A program made the position numbers and the translations under genes. This document shows positions 19,462-29,024 of a stretch of DNA of 64,000 bases, one piece after another. The notes beneath the pieces are model-generated. The model made no database searches. It was not told the DNA's origin and worked only from the letters and a program-made list of their open reading frames with translations. The stretch spans positions 25,460 to 89,459 of the forward strand of contig CAVRIR010000005.1 of NCBI GenBank assembly GCA_963721305.1. The letters are read 5' to 3'. Position 1 is the first letter of the stretch. Every line of letters starts with the position of its first letter. This stretch comes from an uncultured Acidimicrobiia bacterium (lineage in GTDB: Bacteria > Actinomycetota > Acidimicrobiia > Acidimicrobiales > JACDCH01).

Positions 19462-19563
19462 GGCTGAGACACCGAATTGCGTCGGTCAGCCATCACAGAA
19501 CGAGAGGGTGGGGCTTCTGGGTCGACTGAGCCACGGAATCGGTGGCTCAGCCATCACAGAACG
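19462..19563. repeat. tandem pair of hairpin repeats (61-nt period)
   Basis: Unit A, 19462-19502: GGCTGAGACACCGAATTGCGTCGGTCAGCCATCACAGAACG. Unit B, 19526-19563: CTGAGCCACGGAATCGGTGGCTCAGCCATCACAGAACG, with a perfect 9-bp stem. Both share the 17-mer TCAGCCATCACAGAACG. Confidence 0.85.
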
Positions 19564-19590
19564 CGACGGCCGAGCGCAGGCTTCGAGACC

Positions 19591-20988
19591 TCAAGGTTGA
19601 CCGACGAGGCAGCTGCCGCCGTGGCTGTCGACGCCGGCGAACGGACCGCACGGATTGTCGACGATCCACACGTGCAGCATCGGCGGCGTGATCCACAGCG
19701 TTCCCGAGCTGCACACGCCGTTCACCGTCGTGCCGACCACCGTCATGGCGGTCGACCAACACAGGTCGTCGTGGTAGTGCCATGTCGTCAGCGCGCCCGC
19801 GATGTCGGGGACATCGGCCATCGTCTTGCCGATCGAGAGGATGTACATCGCAGACACCACCTTCACGGTGCCGTCCGGTAGATGTCGCACGAGGATCGAC
19901 TCGATGTGGTTCGGATCGACCTCGTACGGATCCGACAAGTACGACCACTGCACATAGTGCTCGTACCCGTTGACATCGGTGTCCCCGATCGACACGTAGC
20001 CCGCCGCTTGCACCGCGGCGAGGTCGGGAAATGCCTGCATCGCCTGTGTGGTGCTCGCGATCAAGGCCCGAGCCGAGGCTTGTTGCGCGGGCGTCAACCG
20101 TGGATCGTCCACCGAGATGATCGGTCCTGATGGCGTGCCGGGAGGCGGGTCGGACGAACTGTTGAGATCAGTCGCCGGATGGTCCGGCGCCGGCACGGCG
20201 TTCGCCGGGGCCGGAGTCGACGGGTCACCCCCGGCACTGCCGCCGTGGTCGTGCGCCGACGACGACTCGCCCGGCGCGCCGGCTACGTCGGACGAGTGTC
20301 CCGACGATGCATGGGTCGACGGATCCTGCACGTGCGCGGCGTCGACACTCGCGGACGACGAGGACGACGCGGACGGAGCCTGCACGTGAACATCCACTCT
20401 CGCGTCGGTGGACGAGCTCGACGCCCCAGAACCGTGGGCGGGGGGGTGCGAATGACTCGCGGCTGGTCCACCGGCGACGACGTGAACATGTCCGGCGGGA
20501 TGGGTGTGTCCCGCGGCGATCGCCGGCAACGCGAGGACGAGCGCTGCGGCCCCCACGAGTGCGGACCATCGCACCGGGAGCACGGTCTTCGCGACGGGAC
20601 GTTTCAGCACGACGGCAGCAGCAATGGCGCTCGCCGCGGCATACAGCGCGCACGCAAGGTCTTGTGTCTCGATCGATTCGGGTTGTTGCAACGTGTGGAC
20701 GAACGGGATGCCGGTTGTTCGGGAGAAGAACCAGAAATAGAACGCGCCGCCGTTGAGGATGATGCCGGCCAACAGGACGCGCTTCGTCGGACGCTTGACT
20801 GCGACGTACGCCCACCCGATTTGTGCGATCCCGCACGCGATGAACATCCAGAACAACGTGAACTCGCCGAAATGTTCGCGGGTGGCGGCGAGGTGGATCA
20901 CACCGGCGAGCGCCGAGCCCGCTACCGCGACGACGATCGCGGGCCGGATGCCTGGCAACGGCCGGTCCCTCCTGGTCAGGTCGCGCAT
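19591..20988 (-). CDS. membrane protein with His/Ser-rich linker and Cys-containing C-terminal domain (hypothetical)
   Basis: ORF 19591..21090 from ATG 20988 (after the upstream stop at 21015): about 4 N-terminal TM helices, the linker GHTHPAGHVHVVAGGPAASHSHPPAHGSG...SSAHDHGGS, and the C-terminal WHYHDDLCW...MLHVWIVDNPCGPFAGVDSHGGSC. Confidence 0.7.
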   Translation of the reverse strand: MRDLTRRDRPLPGIRPAIVVAVAGSALAGVIHLAATREHFGEFTLFWMFIACGIAQIGWAYVAVKRPTKRVLLAGIILNGGAFYFWFFSRTTGIPFVHTLQQPESIETQDLACALYAAASAIAAAVVLKRPVAKTVLPVRWSALVGAAALVLALPAIAAGHTHPAGHVHVVAGGPAASHSHPPAHGSGASSSSTDARVDVHVQAPSASSSSSASVDAAHVQDPSTHASSGHSSDVAGAPGESSSAHDHGGSAGGDPSTPAPANAVPAPDHPATDLNSSSDPPPGTPSGPIISVDDPRLTPAQQASARALIASTTQAMQAFPDLAAVQAAGYVSIGDTDVNGYEHYVQWSYLSDPYEVDPNHIESILVRHLPDGTVKVVSAMYILSIGKTMADVPDIAGALTTWHYHDDLCWSTAMTVVGTTVNGVCSSGTLWITPPMLHVWIVDNPCGPFAGVDSHGGSCLVGQP

Positions 20989-21014
20989 TCGATACGCAGT
21001 CTCGCGCGCGTCCC

Positions 21015-21710
21015 TCAGCGCTGTTTGCGCGGGCCGCCGGCAAATCGTGTGCCCGGTGGGTCGACCGCCCAAACCGCCGGCTCGCCCCAACCGTCGTCGT
21101 AGACGACCTCCGCGAGCGGCCGCCGGCGCACCGGGCCCTGCGAACCTTCCGGTCGTCCGACGCCGATCGTCGCCGCGATGAACACCGACTCGGGGATGCC
21201 CAGCGCCTCCCGCAACTGCTCGTCAACGAGGACGTGCCACATCGTCATCACCCCGCCGTAGCCCAGCGCCCGAGCGGCGAGCAGCAGGTTCTGGCATGCG
21301 GGATAGACGTTGGCGCCGTCGAATGGAGTGAGCGGTCGGTACGGCTCGTGGCATGCGAGGACGACGACGGGCGTCTCTTCGAACCGGTCGACGAACTGTT
21401 GCATCGCCCGCCCCATGCGCGCCTTCGGCGAGCTCGTGTCGGCGCCCGACCCGGCGTCGTAGCCGTCTGCGGCGCGCTTGGTCCCCCACTCTGACCGAAA
21501 CGATTCGCCGAGCAGCGCCCGCGCCGTGCGTGCTCGCGGTCCGTCCCGCAGGACGAGGAACCGGAACGGCTGGCGGTTCGATCCGGACGGCGCTCGGCTG
21601 GCGTGCCACAACATCGCCGTCAGATCGTCCTCAGGGATCGGGTCGGGACGGAACCGGCGGATGGCACGTGTCGTGGCCATCCCCTCCAGCAACGAGATCT
21701 CGTCTTGCAC
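21015..21710 (-). CDS. nitroreductase family protein
   Basis: ORF 21015..21941, start GTG 21710 (or ATG 21680): ISLLEGMATTRAIRRFRPDPIPEDDLTAMLWHASRAPSGSNRQPFRFLVL...CQNLLLAARALGYGG. Confidence 0.8.
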   Translation of the reverse strand: MQDEISLLEGMATTRAIRRFRPDPIPEDDLTAMLWHASRAPSGSNRQPFRFLVLRDGPRARTARALLGESFRSEWGTKRAADGYDAGSGADTSSPKARMGRAMQQFVDRFEETPVVVLACHEPYRPLTPFDGANVYPACQNLLLAARALGYGGVMTMWHVLVDEQLREALGIPESVFIAATIGVGRPEGSQGPVRRRPLAEVVYDDGWGEPAVWAVDPPGTRFAGGPRKQR

Positions 21711-21750
21711 CGATTGCCACCCTACGGGCAACGCTCGCCCCCCGAATTGC

Positions 21751-21801
21751 TCGAATGTTGGATGAAAACGGGCGCCATGACGCCCGTTTCTCCCCGGAGT
21801 T
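21751..21801 (-). repeat. 51-nt palindromic repeat, copy 3 (inverted orientation)
   Basis: Reverse complement reads AACTCCGGGGAGAAACGGGCGTCATGGCGCCCGTTTTCATCCAACATTCGA. It lies in the divergent region between the nitroreductase gene (start 21710) and the gene at 21816. Confidence 0.9.
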
Positions 21802-21815
21802 GAAAGACTGGAGGA

Positions 21816-22598
21816 ATGGCGAACGACCCGGGTTGGTACCCGGATCCGTGGCAACCGGCGCGCCGGCGATGGTGGGACGGCAGCGCGTGGAGCGACCACA
21901 CGTGGGATCCGAGCCGCCCGTCTCAACCACAGCAGCCGCAACTACCGCAGCAGCCCATGGTGTGGTTGCAGCCACCTGACCCTCGCCGTGACTTGGAAGA
22001 CGAGCGGAACGTCGCGATCTGGGCGCGGCGCGGCTACGTCACCATGTGTGTGGCTCGAATCGCGAGCGGCTTGATCTCGGTGATCGCCATCAGCACGTTG
22101 GTCGACGGTTTCCAGCGCGCCGCCGACACGGGCTCGACCGATCAGACGTCGTCGAGTGGCTGGCAGGCGCTCAACCTGCCCGTCTCGATCCTGCTCATCC
22201 TCGGTCTCATCGCCGTCATCTTTTGGAGCTACAAGGCGACGACCGTCGCGGCGAAGCTCAACTATCCGGCGCGCCACGCGCCGCTCTGGGCGATCCTTGG
22301 CTGGATCGTGCCGATCATCAACTTCTGGTTCCCGTACCAGTGCGTGCGTGACTGCCTCGCACCCGGCAACTCCGAGCGCAAGACGGTCGGTCGGTGGTGG
22401 ATGCTGTACATCGTCGGCTCGATCGCTTGGTTCGCGGCGATCGTCGTCTCCGCGTTCGCCGGTACCGCCCTCGCGCTCGCCATTGCGCTGCCGTGCATCG
22501 TGATCAGCGGACTCGAAGTCCAAGCCGCGCTCCGGGTCGTCGACGCCGTCATCGCCGATCACGCGGACGCGATCGGCCGCCTCACCACCACGCCCTGA
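21816..22598 (+). CDS. DUF2510 / DUF4328-type membrane protein
   Basis: N-terminus MANDPGWYPDPWQPARRRWWDGSAWSDHTW (GWYPDP...RWWDG signature), a Pro/Gln linker, then 4 TM helices with WIVPIINFWFPYQ. Confidence 0.8.
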   Translation: MANDPGWYPDPWQPARRRWWDGSAWSDHTWDPSRPSQPQQPQLPQQPMVWLQPPDPRRDLEDERNVAIWARRGYVTMCVARIASGLISVIAISTLVDGFQRAADTGSTDQTSSSGWQALNLPVSILLILGLIAVIFWSYKATTVAAKLNYPARHAPLWAILGWIVPIINFWFPYQCVRDCLAPGNSERKTVGRWWMLYIVGSIAWFAAIVVSAFAGTALALAIALPCIVISGLEVQAALRVVDAVIADHADAIGRLTTTP

Positions 22599-22619
22599 CC
22601 GACCCGCGGCTCCCGGCGA

Positions 22620-23636
22620 TCAAACCGCGATCGTCTCGCCTCCTGCCGCCGCGGACCGGTACACCGCGTCGGCCAGGGTGTGTGCGCGCAGCGCATCCGC
22701 GAACGACGGCCACGCCGGCTCGTTGCGGACGACGGCGTCGATGAACAGCTCGTCCGGATTCCCCAGCGCCATGCCCCGCCGGCCGACTTCGTCGATCAGG
22801 TCGGCAAATTCCAGGTGCATCGGCGGCGAGCCAGTGGTCGTCCACGCGACAGGACCGAACCAGTCGCCCTCGAGCACCGCGTAGGTCCGCTCACAGAACA
22901 GCTCGACCCGGCGCAGGCTCGGTCGCTCGAGGATGTCGTGCCACACCGACAGCAGCGTGCCGGTGGCGCCGTTGGCGAACCGCAACAAAGCCGACGCGAC
23001 GTCTTCGATGCCCGGCAGTTCGTGGAACTCGGCAGTGGCGGCGGACACCGACACGACGGGCCCCATGACGTGTTCGAGCATGTCGAGGTCGTGGATCGAA
23101 TGCTCGAGCAGCGTCCCCGCGCCTGCCTTGGTGACATCGCCACGCCATGTCGACCGGTAGCTGCCCTGGATGGGGATGAACTGATCGTCCCGGAACACGA
23201 CGCTCATCGGTCGTCCGCTGGCAGGATCGGCGGCGAGCGCCTTGAGCATCCCGAACGCCGGTGAATGGCGCAGGACGAGCCCGACCTGGTTGACGACACC
23301 GGCCTTGTCCACCGCCTCGGCCATGGCCGTCGCCGCCGCGAGGTCGATGGCCAGCGGCTTCTCGCAGAACACGGCCAGCCCCCGCTCAGCGGCCGCTGCG
23401 ACCAGACGGGGGTGCTCGGCGGTCCAGGTGCAGATGTAGGCGGCGTCGCAGCCGTCGAGGACCTGCTCCTCCGTCTCGCACACCGTCGCCCCGGCGGCGT
23501 GGGCGAACTGCTCGGCCCGCTCGGGGTCGGGGTCGTAGACGCCGGTCCAGGTGACGTCGGCACCCGACACATGCAGGGATTTCGAGTGATAGGTGGCAAT
23601 CAGCCCCGCCCCGAAGAACCCGACCCGTGTGGCCAT
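22620..23636 (-). CDS. Gfo/Idh/MocA family oxidoreductase
   Basis: 338-aa ORF: MATRVGFFGAGLIATYHSKSL (N-terminal Rossmann fold)...FCEKPLA. Confidence 0.85.
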   Translation of the reverse strand: MATRVGFFGAGLIATYHSKSLHVSGADVTWTGVYDPDPERAEQFAHAAGATVCETEEQVLDGCDAAYICTWTAEHPRLVAAAAERGLAVFCEKPLAIDLAAATAMAEAVDKAGVVNQVGLVLRHSPAFGMLKALAADPASGRPMSVVFRDDQFIPIQGSYRSTWRGDVTKAGAGTLLEHSIHDLDMLEHVMGPVVSVSAATAEFHELPGIEDVASALLRFANGATGTLLSVWHDILERPSLRRVELFCERTYAVLEGDWFGPVAWTTTGSPPMHLEFADLIDEVGRRGMALGNPDELFIDAVVRNEPAWPSFADALRAHTLADAVYRSAAAGGETIAV

Positions 23637-23730
23637 ACGAGGCGTGACGGTAGTCGCAGCCCCGGTTGGGAATGGCCTGGAGGACCGTATGGTTCGTTAC
23701 TTGCAATCTGATAGTCACTAGGAGCCCCTC

Positions 23731-26115
23731 ATGGCCGAACGCCTGGACCCCACTCTCGACAGCCTGACTCTGCCTGTCCTGCCCCTCACCCAGGGCGTGG
23801 TGCTCCCCCAGATGGTCGTGACCCTCGCCCTCGAGACCGACGAGGCGAAGGCTGCCGCCGACGCCGGGGCGGAGACGAGCCAGATCCTGCTCGTCCCCCG
23901 GTTCGAGAACGGTCGCTACGGCCGTGTCGGGACCATCGCCAAGATCGAGAATCGCGGCACCGTTCCCGGCGGCACCGCCGCCCTGGTGGTTCGCGCCACC
24001 TCCCGCGCCCACGTCGGCGCCGGCGTGATCGGTACGACGTCTGCCCTGTGGGTCGGGGTCGAGCCGGTCGCGGAGTCCGAGCCGACCGAGCGCGCCCACG
24101 AGCTGGCCCGTGACGTGCGGGCCGCGGTGTCCGCCCTCTTCGACCAGCTCGGCGGTCGCCGCCTGACCGAGGTGCTGCGCGGCGTGGACGATCCCGGAGC
24201 GCTCGCCGATCTGGCCGGTTGGTGGCCCGACCTCGCGTTCGAGCGCAAGGTCGAGCTGCTCGAGACGATCGACGTCGAGGAGCGGCTCACGAAGGTGCTC
24301 GAGTGGGTCAAGGAAGCGATGGCCGAGCTCGAAGTCGCGGCGCGCATCCGCCAGGAAGTGAGCGATGGGCTCGAGAAGAACCAGCGCGAGTTCCTGCTGC
24401 GCCAGCAGATGAGCGCGATCCGCAAGGAGCTCGGTGAGGACGGCGAGGACGAAGACCTCATCGAGGAGTACCGCACGAAGCTCGCCGCGCTGGTCGAAGC
24501 GAAGGCAGTGACCGAGTCGACACGCGAAGCGATCGACCGCGAGATCGGTCGCCTCGAGCGCACGCCCGCGCAGAACATGGAGCACGGTTGGATCCGCACG
24601 TGGCTCGACACCGTCCTCGGCATCCCGTGGGCGGAGCACACCACCGACGACCTCGACATCGACGACGCCCGCCGCATCCTCGACGAGGACCACACGGGTC
24701 TCGACGAGGTGAAGGAGCGCATCGTCGAGTTCCTCGCCGTGCGCAAGCTGCGTGCAGACAGAGGGCTCGACGATTCGGGCGACGACGATCCGACACTGAA
24801 GCGCAAGCCCGGCGCGATCGTTGCGCTGGTCGGTCCTCCGGGTGTCGGCAAGACGTCATTGGGTGCGTCTGTTGCACGCGCGCTGGGCCGCAAGTTCGTG
24901 CGCGTCGCGCTCGGCGGCATTCGTGACGAGGCTGAGATCCGCGGTCACCGCCGCACGTACGTCGGCGCACAGCCGGGCCGCATCGTCCGCGCCATCACCG
25001 AGGCGGGAACGATGAACCCGGTCTTCCTGCTCGACGAGGTCGACAAGGTCGGCGCGGACTGGCGAGGCGATCCGAGCTCCGCGTTGCTCGAGGTGCTCGA
25101 CCCTGCGCAGAACCACAGCTTCCGTGATCACTACCTCGAGGTCGATCTCGACCTGTCCGACGTGCTGTTCATCGCGACCGCGAACGTCATGGAGACCATC
25201 CCCGGTCCGCTGCTGGACCGCATGGAGATCGTCCGCCTCGACGGCTACACGGAGGACGAGAAGGTGGCGATCGCACGCGACCATCTCGTCGAGCGTCAGA
25301 TCGGCCGCAACGGCCTTCGCGACAGCGAGGTCGTCGTGACCGAGGACGCGTTGCGTGGCGTCGTGGCCGACTACACCCGTGAAGCCGGCGTGCGGAACCT
25401 CGAGCGCGAGCTCGGCAAGATCCTCCGCAAGGTGGCGACCAAGGTCGCAGCCGGAACAGAGACTCCCGTCACCGTCGACGGAAGCGATCTGGTCGCGTAC
25501 CTCGGGCGACAGCGCTTCTTCTCGGAAGTCGCCGATCGCACCGCGGTGCCCGGTGTCGCCACCGGACTCGCGGTCACCGGCGCCGGCGGCGACGTGCTGT
25601 TCGTCGAAGCGACGTCGATGGACGACGGCAGCGACGCCGGACTGACCGTCACCGGCCAGCTCGGCGACGTCATGAAGGAGTCGGCGCAGATCGCGCTGTC
25701 CTACGTCCGCTCGAAGGCGAGCGAGCTCGGCATCGATCCGTCAACGCTCGAAAAGAAGCGGTTCCACGTCCACTTCCCCGCCGGCGCGGTCCCGAAGGAC
25801 GGTCCTTCTGCCGGTGTCACGATGACGACTGCGCTCGTGTCGTTGCTCACGCAGCAAGCGGTGCGCAACGAAGTGGGCATGACCGGCGAGGTCACGCTGT
25901 CCGGACGGGTGCTCCCGATCGGCGGCGTGAAGCAGAAGGTGCTGGCCGCCCACCGGGCGGGACTCACCGAGGTGATTCTCCCCGCCCGCAACGAGGCCGA
26001 CATCGACGACGTCCCCGAGAAGGTGCGCGACGAGATGACGTTCCACTTCGTCGACACGGTCGACAAGGTGCTCGGCATCGCATTGAGCACCGAAGTCGCC
26101 CGACAGGCAGCCTGA
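23731..26115 (+). CDS. lon: ATP-dependent Lon protease (endopeptidase La)
   Basis: 794-aa ORF: Walker A LVGPPGVGKTSLG, LLDEVDK, and the protease-domain PKDGPSAGVTMTTALVS with catalytic Ser. AGGAG lies 8 nt upstream of the ATG. Confidence 0.95.
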   Translation: MAERLDPTLDSLTLPVLPLTQGVVLPQMVVTLALETDEAKAAADAGAETSQILLVPRFENGRYGRVGTIAKIENRGTVPGGTAALVVRATSRAHVGAGVIGTTSALWVGVEPVAESEPTERAHELARDVRAAVSALFDQLGGRRLTEVLRGVDDPGALADLAGWWPDLAFERKVELLETIDVEERLTKVLEWVKEAMAELEVAARIRQEVSDGLEKNQREFLLRQQMSAIRKELGEDGEDEDLIEEYRTKLAALVEAKAVTESTREAIDREIGRLERTPAQNMEHGWIRTWLDTVLGIPWAEHTTDDLDIDDARRILDEDHTGLDEVKERIVEFLAVRKLRADRGLDDSGDDDPTLKRKPGAIVALVGPPGVGKTSLGASVARALGRKFVRVALGGIRDEAEIRGHRRTYVGAQPGRIVRAITEAGTMNPVFLLDEVDKVGADWRGDPSSALLEVLDPAQNHSFRDHYLEVDLDLSDVLFIATANVMETIPGPLLDRMEIVRLDGYTEDEKVAIARDHLVERQIGRNGLRDSEVVVTEDALRGVVADYTREAGVRNLERELGKILRKVATKVAAGTETPVTVDGSDLVAYLGRQRFFSEVADRTAVPGVATGLAVTGAGGDVLFVEATSMDDGSDAGLTVTGQLGDVMKESAQIALSYVRSKASELGIDPSTLEKKRFHVHFPAGAVPKDGPSAGVTMTTALVSLLTQQAVRNEVGMTGEVTLSGRVLPIGGVKQKVLAAHRAGLTEVILPARNEADIDDVPEKVRDEMTFHFVDTVDKVLGIALSTEVARQAA

Positions 26116-26132
26116 GACGCAGACTGGGGTCC

Positions 26133-27260
26133 ATGCGGACCCCAGTGTGCGACTTGCTCGGTATCGAGTTCCCCATCCTCGCCTTCAGTCACTGCCGTGA
26201 CGTCGTCGCGGCGGTGTCGAAGGCGGGTGGGCTGGGTGTGCTCGGCGCCGTCGCCTTCACGCCCGAACAGCTCGACGTCGAACTCGACTGGATCGAGAAC
26301 GAGGTCGGCGACCGGCCTTACGGCGTGGACGTGCTCGTCCCCGCGAAGTACGTCGGTGTCGAGGAGGGTGGCCTCGGCGGAGCGCAACTGTCGACGATGA
26401 TCCCCGAGGAGCATCGCCAGTTCGTCGACGACATGCTGGCCCGCTACGGCGTGCCCCCGCTGCCGGAGGCCGAGCAGTTGCCGCGCGACGTCGGTCTGTT
26501 GTCGTGGTCGCACAAGGGCGCGCAACCGTTGATGGACGTCACGTTCGCGCACAAGACGCGCCTGATCGCGAACGCGCTCGGACCCGCGCCGGACTACATG
26601 GTCGAGCACGCGCACGCGAACGACGTCGTGGTGGCTGGGCTCGTCGGCAAGAAGCAGCACGCTGAACGACAGCGCAACGCCGGCGTCGACATCATCGTGG
26701 CGCAGGGCTACGAAGCAGGCGGCCACACCGGCGAGATCAGCACGATGGTCCTGATCCCGGAAGTAGTCGACGCCGTCTCGCCGACACCCGTGCTGGCCGC
26801 AGGCGGCATCGGCAACGGCCGCCAGATCGCGGCGTCGCTCGCGCTCGGCGCGCAAGGCGTGTGGTGCGGTTCGGTGTGGCTCACGACGGAGGAGGCGGAG
26901 ACGCATCCCATCGTGAAGGAGAAGTTCCTCGCGGCAACGTCGTCGGACACCGTGCGATCACGCGCGTCGACGGGCAAGCCGGCGCGCCAGTTGCGCACCG
27001 CGTGGACCGACGAGTGGGACGATCCGAACAACCCTGATCCGCTGCCGATGCCGTTGCACGGCATGTTGATCGCTGAAGCACAAGGACGGATGCGTCGATC
27101 CGCCGCGACCAACGAGGGCGCGCGCCAACTGGTCAACTACTTCGTCGGCCAGGTCGTCGGGCAGATGAACCAGGTGAAGCCGGCCAAGCAGGTCGTCTAC
27201 GACATGGTCGAGGAGTTCATCGACGCCGCCGAACGAATCAGCGGCCTTCTCGACGAGTAG
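26133..27260 (+). CDS. nitronate monooxygenase (NMO / 2-nitropropane dioxygenase-like, FMN)
   Basis: 375-aa ORF: LGIEFPILAFSHC...AGGLGVLGA...AQGYEAGGHTGEISTMVLIPEVV...AAGGIGNGRQIAASLALGAQGVWCGS. Confidence 0.85.
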   Translation: MRTPVCDLLGIEFPILAFSHCRDVVAAVSKAGGLGVLGAVAFTPEQLDVELDWIENEVGDRPYGVDVLVPAKYVGVEEGGLGGAQLSTMIPEEHRQFVDDMLARYGVPPLPEAEQLPRDVGLLSWSHKGAQPLMDVTFAHKTRLIANALGPAPDYMVEHAHANDVVVAGLVGKKQHAERQRNAGVDIIVAQGYEAGGHTGEISTMVLIPEVVDAVSPTPVLAAGGIGNGRQIAASLALGAQGVWCGSVWLTTEEAETHPIVKEKFLAATSSDTVRSRASTGKPARQLRTAWTDEWDDPNNPDPLPMPLHGMLIAEAQGRMRRSAATNEGARQLVNYFVGQVVGQMNQVKPAKQVVYDMVEEFIDAAERISGLLDE

Positions 27261-27302
27261 ACGCCGCACGGCCCGGCTCGCTCTGGCGTTGTCACACGAG
27301 CG

Positions 27303-28076
27303 TCAACGCTTCTTGCGTGGTTCGTAGATGGCCGTGTGCTCGACGCGCATGACAACACGGGTGTCGTTGGCGACGATCACGACATCGAGCACCACGAACT
27401 TGTGGCCCTTGCGTTCGAAGTTGTTCGTGACACGCGCCCGAGTCGACAGTTGATCGCCGTCGCGCACGAGACCGAAGTGGCGCACGTCGCTCGCGACGTG
27501 GATCCACGGTCCGAGCCGAACGTTGGCAACGAGCACGTAGTTCGCGGATCGCAACAGCCAGCCCCGATGCGCGATCCGCTCGTCCGTGTACACCGACAAC
27601 GTCTCGCCGACGTCGCTGAGATAGCCCATCGCTTGATCCGCATGGAAGCCGAACTCGAGCGAGCCGAGAACAGGAGCCGTGTCGAACAACTTGGCTGACG
27701 CCGGCGACGGGCGCGCCGGCAACGGTGTGGACGGGATCTCGTCGGCGCCCGGCCGATCGGAGGAGTACAGCGGCAACCACGCGGTAGCCATCGCGCACAT
27801 CTCGCCGCTCGAGTCGGTCAACGTCAGACCGAGTCCGCCGTCACGCTGGTCTGCCTCGATCGTCACCTCGTCGCCGTCGTACACAGGGCGATGGAATCGA
27901 GCGGACATCGTCCCTCGCTCCAGGAACGGGACACCCCACTGCTCGACCGGGATGTGCGTGAGGTACGCGTACACATCCACGCCGGGAACGAGGCCGCCCT
28001 CGAAGCCGTACGAGCGGGCGACCGCGTCGTCGTGGATCTTGTTCTCCGACGTCGTCGCCGTGTTGAAGGTCTTCAC
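27303..28076 (-). CDS. MaoC-like / hotdog-fold protein
   Basis: ORF 27303..28418 from GTG 28076 (20 nt after the cupin stop): VKTFNTATTSENKIHDDAVARSYGFEGGLVPGVDVYAYL...RKGHKFVVLDVVIVAND. Confidence 0.65.
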   Translation of the reverse strand: MKTFNTATTSENKIHDDAVARSYGFEGGLVPGVDVYAYLTHIPVEQWGVPFLERGTMSARFHRPVYDGDEVTIEADQRDGGLGLTLTDSSGEMCAMATAWLPLYSSDRPGADEIPSTPLPARPSPASAKLFDTAPVLGSLEFGFHADQAMGYLSDVGETLSVYTDERIAHRGWLLRSANYVLVANVRLGPWIHVASDVRHFGLVRDGDQLSTRARVTNNFERKGHKFVVLDVVIVANDTRVVMRVEHTAIYEPRKKR

Positions 28077-28096
28077 CCGCCACCGGGTACGAGCGG

Positions 28097-28480
28097 TCAA
28101 TGCTCGGTGTAGTTGATCTCGCCCGCGTCGGGCGTGGCGACCGCGAAGCAGAAGCAGTGGATCGGCGCGTTGACGGTCACCGGCCGCAACGAGTGCATCG
28201 CCATCGGCGGGATGTGCACGAGGTCGCCCTGGCGGATCTCGCGGGTCTCGCCTTCGATCTCCATGAGCCCTCGGCCCGCAGTCACGTAATAGAACTCGTG
28301 GGTCGGATGGTTGTGCGGATCGACGTAGCCACCACCGGCGACCTCGAACTCGCTCACCAGCTCGAGATGGCCGCCCTTGGTGATGTCGAACATCTCGCGA
28401 GGACTGACCAGCCACCAAACCGGCACTGTCCCGTTGTGCTCGATGGCCGGCGACACATCCTCGATCGACCTGACATCCAT
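28097..28480 (-). CDS. cupin domain protein
   Basis: 127-aa ORF with GGYVDPHNHPTHEFYYVTAGRGLMEIEGETREIRQGDLVHIPPMAMHSL (cupin motifs 1 and 2). Confidence 0.8.
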   Translation of the reverse strand: MDVRSIEDVSPAIEHNGTVPVWWLVSPREMFDITKGGHLELVSEFEVAGGGYVDPHNHPTHEFYYVTAGRGLMEIEGETREIRQGDLVHIPPMAMHSLRPVTVNAPIHCFCFAVATPDAGEINYTEH

Positions 28481-28518
28481 GTCAGCAAGCGTAGATCGCT
28501 CATCGGTACGATCGGTGG

Positions 28519-28989
28519 GTGGCCGGCCCCTCGACCCACACGGTCCGCGCCGAGCCGCTGACCGCGGAAGCCTTCGCGCCGTTCGGGCAAGTGGTGCAGG
28601 AAGGCGACATGGTGATGGAGCTGCGCGGTGATGAGGTCTTCCACCTCAACGTGCTCCACTACGACCGCAAGCCGCTGCGGTGTGACCACTTGAACCGCCA
28701 TCACCGCGCCACGCAGATGCTCGTTGCGCTGGCCGGAAAGCCGACGTTGCTCGTCGTCGCGCCGTCCGACCTCGACTTCAGCGATCGCGCTCATCTCGAC
28801 GGCGTTCGGGCGTTCGTGTGCGACGGCACTGCCGGTGTGAACCTGGCGCTGGGCACGTGGCACTGGGGCCCGTATCCAATGGCCGACTTCGTCGACCTGG
28901 TGAACGTGCAAGGAAAAGACTTCGAGCACGACAACGAGGTCGCCTACCTCGAGCGTGACCTCGCAACAAGTGTCGAGGTCGTGCTCTAA
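28519..28989 (+). CDS. ureidoglycolate lyase/hydrolase-family protein
   Basis: 156-aa ORF: EPLTAEAFAPFGQVV...LNRHHRATQMLVAL...GTWHWGPYPM. This resembles the AllA/ureidoglycolate lyase fold as I remember it. Confidence 0.7.
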   Translation: MAGPSTHTVRAEPLTAEAFAPFGQVVQEGDMVMELRGDEVFHLNVLHYDRKPLRCDHLNRHHRATQMLVALAGKPTLLVVAPSDLDFSDRAHLDGVRAFVCDGTAGVNLALGTWHWGPYPMADFVDLVNVQGKDFEHDNEVAYLERDLATSVEVVL

Positions 28990-29024
28990 CACTCTCCTAA
29001 CCCGAGCGGTTCACCGTATGGCCG

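Noticed and set aside
19462-19563. Tandem repeats as a mini-CRISPR array
   Set aside because: There are only two units, the units themselves are hairpins with a shared tail, there is no repeat-spacer periodicity, and there are no cas genes in the window.
23637-23730. HspR/HAIR heat-shock operator upstream of lon
   Set aside because: CTTGCAATCTGATAGTCACTAGG does not match the remembered CTTGAGT-N7-ACTCAAG inverted repeat.
23386-24920. 435-aa and 334-aa minus-strand ORFs opposite lon
   Set aside because: Low-complexity Arg/Ser/Pro composition, fully nested antisense to the unambiguous Lon protease ORF.
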